Counted from the first letter of the stretch, positions 30,589 to 43,882 are shown. The stretch is DNA of 64,000 nt from Candidatus Binataceae bacterium (GCA_963798375.1 CAWCTG010000008.1:54571-118570), one strand, 5' to 3'. Numbers and translations are program-made. The notes: generated from the letters alone by a model not told the origin.

Positions 30589-31271
30589 TGGCGGGCCGGG
30601 CGATGCGGTGTCTCGTGCGAACTTTGTCGATGAGCGCGCTCGGCGCCGCGCTCGCGTTTTCAGTCGCGGCCTGCAACAACCAGACTGGATTTTCCGGCAG
30701 CGTCGGTAATACGCCCAACGGCCCGGCGCTGGCATCGTACGAAATTCTCGGCACCCTCGGCACGCCATTTACCGCGACCGTATCGGACGCGCAATCGTCG
30801 TGGACGCTTCAGGGCAACGTCCCGCTTAGCGTCATAATCTGCAACAACGTCCTGCCGGCTCGAATCATCGCGACCAAAACCACCAGCAACAGCAACCTGC
30901 TGAGTCTCGAAGCAATCCTCGGCGCCATAGTGATCGACCTTCAGTCCACCAGCGCACCTTTTGGCACCGTGTCGGTGCAGGCCGGGGGTACCCTCAACTC
31001 GATCTCGGCGCCGGCCTTCCCGGACCTGCGCATTTTCGCCGCCGGTCCCGCCGATCAGCGCTACTCGGCGCTGGTCGAGGACATCACGACTGGATTTGTG
31101 ATCAACTCACGCGCGCCGACCTTGATCCTGTTCGATAGCCCGGACGGAAAGGTGGACGCCACCTTTTTCGGAAATTCTCAATTCCCTACTTTCACTCTCA
31201 ACATGACGCTCAACGGCGCCGTGGTGGCAACCGTCGTTCACGGCCCCGACGCGACGATTCGCGAGCCATGA
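30588..31271 (+). CDS. Hypothetical lipoprotein
   Basis: Lipobox VAAC after a hydrophobic leader; TGATG coupling to the upstream gene. Confidence 0.7.
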   Translation: MAGRAMRCLVRTLSMSALGAALAFSVAACNNQTGFSGSVGNTPNGPALASYEILGTLGTPFTATVSDAQSSWTLQGNVPLSVIICNNVLPARIIATKTTSNSNLLSLEAILGAIVIDLQSTSAPFGTVSVQAGGTLNSISAPAFPDLRIFAAGPADQRYSALVEDITTGFVINSRAPTLILFDSPDGKVDATFFGNSQFPTFTLNMTLNGAVVATVVHGPDATIREP

Positions 31272-31461
31272 CTCGCGCGGTGTGTTGAGTCAGCGCCGCG
31301 CCAGCCGCGCAATTCGCCCGCACACCTGCCGACGCGTCGCAGCCGCGCTCGATCGTCCCGGTTCGTTTGACAGCCTCCCGCATTCGTCATAGTAGCCTCT
31401 GTAAGAAGTGAGCGAGCGATTCGAAAACGCACTTAGACCTTCCCGCCTCTGAAATCATTCT

Positions 31462-32634
31462 ATGAATTCGCAGCTCGTACGCCGGGTCCTGTTGGTAGTG
31501 GCGATCATTGTCGCCGCCGCCGCCGCGATTCCCGGTTTTCACTACTATCGCTACATCGAAAGCCACGTCAGCACCGACGACGCCTACGTCGACGGTACCG
31601 TCGCGCTGGTTTCCTCGCGCGTTGCCGGCACCGTCGCCAACCTTTATGTCGAGGACAACTGGACGGTTAAGGAAGGCCAGTTGCTGTTGACGCTGGACTC
31701 GCGCGACTTCGACGTCCGCGTCGAACAGGCCCAGGCTCAGCTCGAGCGCGCCAGGCAATCCGTCGATGAACTCTACGCGGTGGTGGATGCGGCGCGGTCG
31801 GGGGTGGCGCTCACGGTGTCGGAGTTCAAGCAGGCGCAAATCGATTTCATGCGCGCCAAGTCGTTGAAAGAACAAGGCGTCGTCTCCATCGAGCAATACG
31901 ATCAGGCCAACACCGCCCTGCGCGTCGCGATGGCCGATGAAGCGCTGGCGAAGCATCAACTGACGCAGGCCCAGGCCGCCCTCGGATCGCAGAGCGACGG
32001 CCATTCGCGCTACGCACGCCCGGTCGTGCAGCAGGCCGAAGCCGCTCTGGAAGCTGCCAAGCTCGATCTCGACTACACCAAACTGACCGCGCCGTTCGCG
32101 GGCATCGTGACTCATAAGACCGCCCACGTTGGCAATCGCGTCCAGATCGGAGAGCCTCTGCTGGCGATCGTCCCGCTTGGCAAGCTCTACCTCACGGCGA
32201 ACTTCAAGGAGACCCAGCTCACCGACGTGCGCGTCGGTCAAAAGGCGGAGATCGTCGCCGACATCTATCCCGACTACACCTACCGGGGACACGTCGATTC
32301 GATCAGCATGGGCACCGGCGCGGCCTTCTCGCTGCTGCCGCCCGAAAATGCGACCGGCAACTGGGTCAAGGTCGTGCAGCGCGTGCCGGTCAAGATTGTT
32401 ATCGACGGGCCGGAGCCCCAGGACAAACCGCTGCGGCTGGGACTGTCGGTCGAAGTTACGATCGACCTCAACGATCGCAGCGGACCCTTGCTCTCGTCAA
32501 TCACGCAGCGGAGTTACCAGAAGGACGGCCAGACGCTGCCCAACGAGACACTCAAGATGATGCCCCGGACGCCGGCCGAACCGCCGCCGCACACCGGAAC
32601 GCAGCAACATTTTCTGCATCGCCTGATACCCTGA
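31462..32634 (+). CDS. HlyD/EmrA-family membrane fusion protein
   Basis: STDDAYVDG, ANFKETQL, GTGAAFSLLPPENATGNWVKVVQRVPV. Confidence 0.92.
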   Translation: MNSQLVRRVLLVVAIIVAAAAAIPGFHYYRYIESHVSTDDAYVDGTVALVSSRVAGTVANLYVEDNWTVKEGQLLLTLDSRDFDVRVEQAQAQLERARQSVDELYAVVDAARSGVALTVSEFKQAQIDFMRAKSLKEQGVVSIEQYDQANTALRVAMADEALAKHQLTQAQAALGSQSDGHSRYARPVVQQAEAALEAAKLDLDYTKLTAPFAGIVTHKTAHVGNRVQIGEPLLAIVPLGKLYLTANFKETQLTDVRVGQKAEIVADIYPDYTYRGHVDSISMGTGAAFSLLPPENATGNWVKVVQRVPVKIVIDGPEPQDKPLRLGLSVEVTIDLNDRSGPLLSSITQRSYQKDGQTLPNETLKMMPRTPAEPPPHTGTQQHFLHRLIP

Positions 32635-32675
32635 CCGCTCGTTCCCCCTTTCCCCTTCTGACCCCCCTGCCTCAC

Positions 32676-32691
32676 CTGACACGCGTGTCAG
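32676..32691. promoter_or_regulatory. Perfect 16-bp palindrome upstream of the phosphotransferase gene
   Basis: ctgacacgcgtgtcag is its own reverse complement. Confidence 0.45.
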
Positions 32692-32761
32692 TTCGGTTGC
32701 GACTTTTCTGCGCGTGTATTACGCTGCGGTCTGCACGGATTTTCCGCCCGCGCTTTTTCCA

Positions 32762-33859
32762 ATGCTCGACGTTGACGACATGAGGCAACGCCTGTCCGGG
32801 TACCTTGGCGCACCGGTCGCGCGTCTGAGCGTTCTTGCCAGCGGATGGGAAACCACGGTCTTCGAGTTCACGCTCCAATCGGCGTCGAAGATGTACGCGG
32901 CCATCCCGGCCGGCGAATCGATGGTTTTGCGCTTCTACCAAGGCTCCGCCGCCGACGCCAAAGGCGCCCGCGAGCACGCCACCATCGCTCGCCTGTTCGC
33001 CGTCGGCTATTCCGTCCCGCGCCCCTACGCCTTCGAAGCCGATCATCGCGCCTTGGGCGCGCCGTTCCTCATCATGCAGCGGCTGGCGGGCGGCACGCTG
33101 TTCGCGATCCGCAGCTTTCCGAGTGCCTTCAAGACTTTCTCGATGGCATTTTTTTCGTTCGTCCGCGCGCAATCGAGGCTCCACAAATTCGATCCGGCGA
33201 GCGCGCCCCTGCGCGAGATTCCGCGCGCACTTGCGCCGGTCGCGGGCTCCGGCGATGACTCTCCGCTGCTGGATCGCGTGCTCGCGACCATCGCCAATCG
33301 CATCGAGACCGGTCCGCTGCCGGGCCTTCGCGAGGCGCTCAATCTCGTTACCGAACGCGCGGCCAGGTTTCGCCGCAGCCCGGATTCGCTCGTGCACATG
33401 GACTATCATCCGCTCAACGTGATGGTGGACGGGGTGCGGGTGACGGGCGTGCTCGATTGGATGAATGCTGACGTCGGCGATCGCCATCTCGACGCTGCGA
33501 TGACGGCGGTGATTTTGTCGTCGTCCGCGATGGAGCAGCCGCGATGGATGCGCGACAACGTGGTCGGCAACGGGCTTCGCGCGAGCTTCGCGGCGTTGTA
33601 CATGCCGCTCTATCATGCGATGGCGCCGATCGATTTCGAGCGCTTCCGTTACTGCCAGGCGGTCGCGGCGCTGCTGCGGCTCTCGATGCTTGGGATGATG
33701 CGGGCGCACGGCCCGGAAGTCGTGGGCTTCCGCCGCGAGGCGATCAACGAAGTCACGCCCGCGGTCGTCAGACTGCTCAGCCGCTACGCCACCCGCAAAA
33801 GCGGCACCGCGGTGGGCCTCGATGCGCCCGCGCCCAGCCCGCCAGCCCGCGTAAGCTGA
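32762..33859 (+). CDS. APH/choline-kinase-like phosphotransferase
   Basis: LGAPFLIMQRLAG, HMDYHPLNVM, VLDW. Confidence 0.82.
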   Translation: MLDVDDMRQRLSGYLGAPVARLSVLASGWETTVFEFTLQSASKMYAAIPAGESMVLRFYQGSAADAKGAREHATIARLFAVGYSVPRPYAFEADHRALGAPFLIMQRLAGGTLFAIRSFPSAFKTFSMAFFSFVRAQSRLHKFDPASAPLREIPRALAPVAGSGDDSPLLDRVLATIANRIETGPLPGLREALNLVTERAARFRRSPDSLVHMDYHPLNVMVDGVRVTGVLDWMNADVGDRHLDAAMTAVILSSSAMEQPRWMRDNVVGNGLRASFAALYMPLYHAMAPIDFERFRYCQAVAALLRLSMLGMMRAHGPEVVGFRREAINEVTPAVVRLLSRYATRKSGTAVGLDAPAPSPPARVS

Positions 33860-33864
33860 ATCCC

Positions 33865-34107
33865 GTTCTCGCTTACCCCTTCTAACCGGGACGCGCAGAT
33901 ATCCCTCGCCCGACGCTCAAGATCTCGCGTCGGCCTTTACCCTCGGGCGCTGAAGGATCCGGGATTCTTCGCTTCGCTCTAGAATGACACAAAAGAAGTT
34001 CTAACAGGCCGTCAGGCCGCATCTTTGCTTTAACATTGGGTGCAGGGGTCACCCCTGCCCAAGGAGGTGCGGAACCCACGGTGGGTTCCGCATTCAATAA
34101 AGCTCCC
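33865..34107. repeat. Double-hairpin repeat family copy with a nested REP-like insertion
   Basis: gttctcgcttaccccttctaac ... ttaacattgggtgcaggggtcacccctgccc ... gtgcggaacccacggtgggttccgca; contains gattcttcgcttcgctctagaatgac. Confidence 0.85.
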
Positions 34108-34137
34108 CTGCGCGCACCTTCACGCCCGGCACTCAGC

Positions 34138-34503
34138 TCATGCTTCGAACAGCGTCCCCTTCCATGACCGCGAGGCCAGGTCTATCTCACCCTCGCTTGC
34201 GATTCTGCGGCCATCAGAGTTATCGACAATGCCCTTCGTGCTCCACCGATTTTTCCCGATACTCTCGTAGGTCCCCTGACCGATGCCGCTGATGGTGTCG
34301 CCATTATCCAGGTATGCTGCCGAACACCAGCTGAAAGTCCCGCTCTTGCCGCCTACAAAGGTCGACGTGCCGAAGACCGCCCCAAAACTGGTTCCAGTCC
34401 CTTCCCAATTCACTTGGATTAGAATGCTACCCGCTGGTCCAGGACTGTTAGTGGAAGTGATCGACTTCAGGGAAAATTCCCCAATCTTCTTACCCGACGC
34501 CAT
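34138..34503 (-). CDS. Small hypothetical beta-barrel protein
   Basis: RBS ggag and ATG; 121 aa, Gly/Ser/Thr-rich beta pattern; lower GC than flanks. Confidence 0.7.
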   Translation of the reverse strand: MASGKKIGEFSLKSITSTNSPGPAGSILIQVNWEGTGTSFGAVFGTSTFVGGKSGTFSWCSAAYLDNGDTISGIGQGTYESIGKNRWSTKGIVDNSDGRRIASEGEIDLASRSWKGTLFEA

Positions 34504-34555
34504 ATGGTCTCCTTGTTTGCCGAAACTTTGGTGTTAGTACCCGATTCATTGTCGG

Positions 34556-34858
34556 TCAGATCGCGACGTCCTCGAATATCGTCGATGCGACCGCCTCCGC
34601 AGCCGGATCGGAATTGCTCCTGAGTCCGTCTGCTAACTTCTGGTATTCGGGGTCGGACCTGACTTTTCCGAGATGACCCCAGTCGGGATACTGCGCGACC
34701 GCGAGAATATTGTTGGGTTGCGGGCCGACCACCTCACGGCGTACCGCATAGGTTCCTCCGGCGCGCTCGACGATCTTCTTGACCGTCTTCAGCACTTCAA
34801 GAAGCTGCTTCTCCTTGCCCGGCCGCACTTTTAACATTAACGCTGATGTGATCGCCAT
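34556..34858 (-). CDS. Small dimeric alpha/beta-barrel-like protein (NIPSNAP/DUF1330-like)
   Basis: RBS gaggag; MAITSALMLKVRPGKE...YPDW...SDPEYQKL. Confidence 0.65.
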   Translation of the reverse strand: MAITSALMLKVRPGKEKQLLEVLKTVKKIVERAGGTYAVRREVVGPQPNNILAVAQYPDWGHLGKVRSDPEYQKLADGLRSNSDPAAEAVASTIFEDVAI

Positions 34859-34946
34859 TTGATTTTCTCCTCGCGCAAGTTTTGAGAACAGATCCCTTTT
34901 AGTAAAGTGCCAACTTAGCTGCAAGGGCTGATTTGCATTGCCGCGT

Positions 34947-35152
34947 GGGCAGGTGGTGACCCCTGCTCTTAACATTGTGTGCGGGGGTCATCCCTGCCCA
35001 AAAAGGTGCGGAACCCACGGTGGGTTCCGCATTGAATTAAGTTCTCCTGCCGCTCCCCTGCTCTACGCGCGCCGTCCGCCGCAGGCGAAAGGTCTGCTTA
35101 CCCGCCTCGCGTAAAGTAACGGGCGAGGTAATCTCAAACGGCGAACAACCTC
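34947..35152. repeat. Double-hairpin repeat family copy (permuted, with an inverted half and an internal insertion)
   Basis: gggcaggtggtgacccctgc (inverted hairpin 1), then ttaacattgtgtgcgggggtcatccctgccc, gtgcggaacccacggtgggttccgca, aattaagttctc ... taatctcaaacggcgaacaacctc. Confidence 0.85.
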
Positions 35153-35154
35153 AA

Positions 35155-35649
35155 TTACGGGCGGTTCGCGGTACCCGAAAACGTATCGTGAAGGCCCGTC
35201 TCGGAATTAACATCGTTCGCATCGCTGCTGAACTGGAATTGAACACCATAAGGTTGACTAACGGCAATCTGCAGGTCCGCACCGTCATACTTGCCGCAGA
35301 CCGCGAGCGAAGTCGTGATCGCAATGAACCCCGTACCGTCGGAATTGATTGTGTAGCAGCCGCCGGTAATGGGCGTGTTGAACTGCCCGTCCTGGTTGCA
35401 ATTGATGATCCCTCCGGTCACTTTGCCGTTCCCGTTGAGCGTAACCGAGCCACTCGCTGCAAGGGGTGTGACGTTAGTGACATTAGCGCCGAAGAAGCTA
35501 AAGGTGTAGGTGCCCGCGAGTGTCGCCGGCGACCCCGCTTCATTTCCGCCATCTGCACAGATCAGCACTGCTTGGGCGACACCGACTTGGCCTGCCGCGA
35601 TCACCGCCGTAGCCGCGAGCGCCACCAACATGACTCTAAACTTGCGCAT
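35155..35649 (-). CDS. Hypothetical secreted beta-rich protein
   Basis: RBS ggagg, signal peptide ending AQA, LAGTYTF...GCYTINSDGTG. Confidence 0.72.
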   Translation of the reverse strand: MRKFRVMLVALAATAVIAAGQVGVAQAVLICADGGNEAGSPATLAGTYTFSFFGANVTNVTPLAASGSVTLNGNGKVTGGIINCNQDGQFNTPITGGCYTINSDGTGFIAITTSLAVCGKYDGADLQIAVSQPYGVQFQFSSDANDVNSETGLHDTFSGTANRP

Positions 35650-35740
35650 AGATTCCTCCCTGAAATTTCCCCAAAGTTGATCGAGCCCCCTGGAACCGTC
35701 ACTGAAGGTAGCGGATTACTAAAATGCCAAGTATATGTCA

Positions 35741-36305
35741 AATTAAGTTCTCCCGTCGCTCGATGCCCTAACGCGCGACCTAATCTCAAACGGCTAACAA
35801 CCTCGTTCTCGCTTACCCCTTCTAACAGGGACGAAGGCCCGCATCTTTATCCTTAACATTGGGTGCAGGGGTCACCCCTGCCCAAGGAAGTGTGAAACCC
35901 ACGGCGGGTTTCACATACAATTAAGTTCTCGCGTCGCTCGATGCTCTAACGCGCGACCTAATCTCAAACGGCTAACAACCTCGTTCTCCCTTTACCCCTT
36001 CTAACAGGGACGAAGTCCCGCATCTTTATTTTAACATTGGGTGCAGGGGTCACCCCTGCCCAAGGAAGTGTGAAACCCACGGTGGGTTCCGCATTCGAAT
36101 TAATTCTCGCCTCGCTCGAAGCTCTAACGCGCAACCTAATCTCAAACGGCTAACAACCTCGTTCTCGCTTACCCCTTCTAACAGGGACGAAGTCCCGCAT
36201 CTTTATTTTAACATTGGGTGCAGAGCCTGTCCTGAGCGAAGCCGAAGGAGGTCACCCCTGCCCAGGGAAGTGTGAAACCCACGGTGGGTTTCACATTCAA
36301 TGAAG
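35741..36305. repeat. Three tandem ~178-bp non-coding units with two conserved hairpins
   Basis: Units start at 35741, 35919 and 36098; hairpins GCAGGGG-TCA-CCCCTGC and TGTGAAACCCAC-G-GTGGGTTTCACA; unit 3 carries a ~25-nt insertion at 36224-36249. Confidence 0.95.
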
Positions 36306-36309
36306 TGAT

Positions 36310-39094
<2,785 letters not shown>

Positions 39095-39256
39095 TGATCG
39101 AGCCTTGCCCTCCTGGTGCGATGGTCAAAATGGAAGAATCGGACGCGAGTTCCAAATCCGGCGCGCCGCCCAATCCGATTCGATTTGCTATGCGTTCAGA
39201 ATACCGCGCGAGCGCGCCCAATCAACTGGCGCCAACTTGCGGGAGACGATGGCGTT

Positions 39257-42200
39257 CTAGCCTGGGCCGGCGCTGCGGCGCGATGCGCGCGCGGGCGCCG
39301 GGCCATGCAATCCGTCGAAGACCAGCGAGCGTCCGTCGGAATGGAATCGCATCGCGGCCAGAATGCCGACCCGCGGCGATTCGAGCGCCGCCACGCCGTC
39401 GATTGAATCGATCGTGATACGCGGCTTCAGCGCCAGAAGAGCCGCCACCGCCGCGCTGAAACTCTCGTCGTCGGCTCCGCCCTCGCCCGCCGTGATCATC
39501 GCGCGTCCCTGCAATCCCGCAATCACGCGGCCGGCGCGAATCACCACGACGTTGGCCGCCTCGCGCGCGATACCGCATCCGGCAATCACGGCGCCGTACG
39601 GATTGGCGGGATCGATTGCGCTCAACGCAACCGGTTTCTCTCGCGCCGGAATAAGACTCCGTACCGCGCGCAGCATCTCGACCGCCTCTGGCAGGGCATA
39701 TTGTTCCCCCGAAATAGATCTCACGAACCACCCGCGCCGAATCGCGCCGCTGTATTCCAGCCGCCGCAGCGCGAACGCAATCTCGTTCCACGAGATTTGC
39801 GTCGATTCGAGTCCCAGCATCTCCCGGGCGAGAATTCCATGGCGCTCGAGCAATTTGAGCGCGAGATCCCGCGTGTCATCCGGGCCGCCGGCGCGATGCT
39901 CGCCCGCGCGTATCAGCGACCATCGGCCGGCCAGGCTCGACTTCAGCCGCGCACGAACCGCCGCGTCGTGGCGAGTCGCCGGGCGGCGCGCGACCGACTC
40001 GAGCGCGCGCTCGGCGCCGCGATCATCGGCAAACATCCTGATCGGCGCGAAGTTGTCGTTGCTCACGCGACCCGCCGCCGCCATCCTCCATAGCGCGGAC
40101 AATGCGTCGCGCTCCGAAACATTCGCACGCTCCGCGACCTCGTCCAGGTACTGCGCACCCGCGGCTCCCAGCGCCTCCAGCACCGCCTGTTCCTTCGCGT
40201 CCGACGGCGCAGGTGCTTCGCGCGGTACAAACAGACTGGCCTTGCGCGCAATGAATGTAACCCGCGACGGCGTGCGCGCGGGACGCGCGCCTTCGATACC
40301 CTCTTCGGCAACGGCGACCCACTTCATCCGGCCGCTCATGCAGACCAGGTCGAGCATCTCGGGCCGATAGCCTGCGATGCGCGCCGGGATAATCGCGTGC
40401 TCCCAAATCTCCGGCGTCGCCGCGATTCCTGACAACTGTTCGAGCACTGCGGCTACGCCGCTCTGATCGGCCGGCAACTCGGCGCCGCCGACGCGCATCC
40501 AACGCAGCCGAAACGCCGCGTACTCGTGATCCGCGCACGGCTCGATTTCAGCGCGCACCCGCGCCAGCGTCATCCGATGAATCCGTTCCAGGTTGTAGCG
40601 GTCGCACCACTGAATCGCGTCGGCGCGCGTGAAATGACCGCGAAAAATCCCGCCATCCCCTTCCAGCGCCGCGAGAATCCGGTCGATGTCCGATTCTTTG
40701 ATATGCAGTCGCGCCGCGATTTCACCGGCAGTCGCCGGTCCGCAAGTCTTGAGCGCGCGGCGCACGAGTTCGGCGCGCGCACCGTCGCCATCGCGGCCCT
40801 CGCCGCTCGACTTGGAAACCGCCGTCGATCGATGCGGTGGGATATGCGGCGGCAAAGATGCCCGTGTCTTCGCTCGCAATGATTCGCCCTGGCGATTCGC
40901 CACTTAAGTTGACGCGTGCGATTCGCCGCTCCGCGTCCAGCTCCGCCAGCATCGCGCGGCCGTTCTCGCCGGAGCGTTCTTCGACCTCGGCCTGGGTGAG
41001 CGAACCGTGCGCGCGAATCAACTCGTACAATTCGTCACGCGAGCGCGGCCTGCGTCCGGCCGCGCGGCCCGTCACTTCGGCGACGACGCTGTCGACCGCT
41101 TCCGCCGAGAGCAGATCGGAAAGGTCTTCTTTGCGGAACACGTCTTCGGCCATGCCGCGATTCATCGTCACAGTCCGGGAACGGCGATTGGCGCGTTCGC
41201 CGTCGTCGAGAAATGAATAGTCCCACGCGAGCAGGATGCGATGGGCAAACACCGACGGCGCGATCGCATCGACGGCGACGGTACGAATCGCGCCGCTCTC
41301 GATACCTTCGAGCATCCGCACCGTGCGCGGCAGGTCGGTGGACTCCTCCAGGCATTCGCGAATCGTTTCCTCGATCGCAAAATGGTCCGGGAGTTCGATC
41401 GTGGCCGGCCGGTTCTCGAAGCAGGCCTGCTGGCCTGGGAAAATCGCGGACAGAAGTTCCTGCGAGCGGAGGCGTTGAATCCAGGCAGGCACCTTCTTGC
41501 CGCGCGATGAGCGCATCACCGCCAGCGCGCGCGTCGCGACGTGCCGGAAGCGCACCTCAAACATCGGCGCGGCCAGGATCGCCTGGATAAGTACCTCGCG
41601 CGCGTTGCGCGCTTTCAGCATGCTGAACAGAGTGTCGAGCGGAAAACTGTGCCGCGAATTCAGCGCGAGCAGCACGCTGTCGTCGATCGCCGACGCCTGG
41701 ATTTCGAAATCGAACGACTGGCACAGGCGCTTTCGAATCGCCAGGCCGAGGCCGCGATTGAGGCGGATCCCGAACGGCGTGTGAATGACGATTTGCGTGC
41801 CGCCCACGCCGTCGAAGAAACGCTCGACGACGACGGTCTTTTCGTCCGGGATCGCGCCGAGCGCCTCGACGCCGCGGCGGACGTAGTCAACGGCTTGCGT
41901 GGCGGCGCGCTCCGACATCGCGCATTCGCTCATCAGCCAGCCGGCGGCCGATTCGTTGCGTTCGAGACGGCTCCAAATCTCGCGGCGAAGATCGCAAATC
42001 TCCGCCGACAGCGCCTGCGAGCGGCCGCCCGCCTCGGTCTGCCAGAAAGGCAGCGTCGGCGCCATCCCGGGCGCCGGCTCGACCATCAGGCGCCCGCGCG
42101 AGATGCGCTGAATCTGCCAGGGCATCGAGCCGAGCGAGAACACGTCGCCGCGCGACGACTCCTGCGCAAAGTCCTCTTCCACATCGCCGACCTTTCGGCC

Positions 42201-43781
42201 CTCGGACTCGATCACGACGTCGTAGTTGCCGGCTTCGGGGATTGTTCCGCCCGAGGTGATCGCCGACAGGCGGGCGGATCGGCGCGGGCGGACGCGGGCG
42301 TTGACGCGATCGAAGAAAATCTTTGGCGACGCGCCCATGATTCGCTCGGGCAACTCGGCCGAGAGCTGTTCGAGCAGATGGCGCAGCTTGCCGGCGTCGA
42401 GATCGCCGAAGTTGTAGGCGCTGCGCAGCACGCGCAGCAGCTCGGCTTCGGCGATTTCCTCTTCTTCCGCGGCGATTGCGACGATTTGCTGCGCCGCGAT
42501 ATCGGCGCATCCCATCGGGATTTCCACTTCGTCGAGATGCCCGCGGCGAATCGCGCGCACCGCCGCGCCGCATTCGAGCAAATCGTCGGTGGTCAGCGCG
42601 AAGAAGCGTCCCTTGGGAGTCGCGCCGAGGCTGTGTCCCGAGCGCCCGACGCGTTGAATCGCGGCCGAGATGGATTTGGGCGAATCGAGCTGGCATACGA
42701 GCTCGACGGCGCCGACGTCGATGCCGAGTTCGAGCGACGCGGTCGCGACGATCGCCTTCAGCTCGCCGCGCTTGAGGCGTTGCTCGGCGAGCAGGCGCTC
42801 GGCGCGCGCGAGGCTGCCATGATGCGCCATCACGGCGTCAATCCCGAGCCGCTTCTGCAGATTGAGCGCGACCCGCTCGGCAAAGCGACGGCTGAGCGTG
42901 AAAACCAGCGTCGTGCGATGCCCGCCGATCAGGCGCGCGACTTCGTCGTACATCGCCTCCCAGTGCGGATGAGTGGCCAGCGGTCCAAGCTCGGGGCCGG
43001 GCGCGATGACCTGGAGATCCATCGTGCGGACGCAATCGTCGGCGCGAACTATTTTTATCGGACGCGGCGAGCGCGAATTGTCGCGAGCCACGTCGTAGCC
43101 GGCCAGGAACCCGGCCAGCTTTTCGATCGGATTCAACGTCGCCGACAGGCCGATTCGATTCGGCCGCGCATTCCCGCGACTGGTCACGAACCGTTCCAGG
43201 CGTTCGAGCGTCAGCGCGAGATGCGCACCGCGCTTGTTGCCGGCCAGGGCGTGGAGTTCATCGACGATCACGTGGCGGACGGCGGCAAGTTTTTCGCGGA
43301 ACTTCGGCGAGGTCAGCAGGATGAACAGCGACTCGGGCGTCGTGACCAGAATGTGCGGCGGCCGCCGGAGCATCGCAGTGCGCTCGCTCGCCGACGTGTC
43401 GCCAGTGCGAAGGCCGGCGCGGATGCGCGAAAGATCGAGGCCCGATTCGGCGCCGACGTCCCGCACGCCGTCGAGCGGCTCCTCCAGATTGAGCCGGATG
43501 TCGTTGGCCAGCGCCTTGAGCGGCGAAACGTACAGGACCGAGACTTCATCGCGCAGCCGGTCGCGCGCCGCGTCGAGGACGAGGCCGTTAATTGCCCACA
43601 TGAAGGCGGCCAGAGTCTTGCCGCTGCCGGTCGGCGCGCATAGCAGCACGTCGAAGCCGGGCGCGTCGTTGGCGGCGCCGATGACGGGCCATCCGAGGTC
43701 TTGCGCGCGCGAGGGCGCTGCGAAGCGGCGCTCGAACCAGGTGCGAACGGCAGGATGGAAATCGTCGAGCGCGCAGCGCAT
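39257..43781 (-). CDS. lhr: Lhr-family SF2 helicase (long form with C-terminal winged-helix region), frameshift near 40830
   Basis: APTGSGKT, YVSPLKAL, TTPESL, DELH, GLSAT, HHGSL, SLELGID, QRVGRSGH; C-terminal RGWFV..GEQYA, SAIDPANPYG. Confidence 0.9.
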
Positions 43782-43860
43782 GGGGGGAGAATATATCACC
43801 GGCATGCAATCGAGAAGCTCCGCTTCGGCCGGGATGACGGAGGGAGTCTTGCATCTTAAT

Positions 43861-43882
43861 TATTTCGATGATACTAGAATTA
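43861..43882 (+). promoter_or_regulatory. Putative ArsR operator
   Basis: AT-rich imperfect palindrome tatttcgatgatactagaatta just upstream of arsR. Confidence 0.5.

Noticed and set aside
33882-34097. Peptide encoded by the repeat (MNAEPTVGSAPPWAGVTPAPNVK...)
   Set aside because: Copies differ by non-triplet indels and show compensatory stem changes, which favours a non-coding structure
35741-36305. CRISPR array or integron attC array
   Set aside because: Units are ~178 bp and near-identical throughout with no unique spacers; no cas or intI gene is present; several YTAAC motifs occur but without matching GTTRRRY ends
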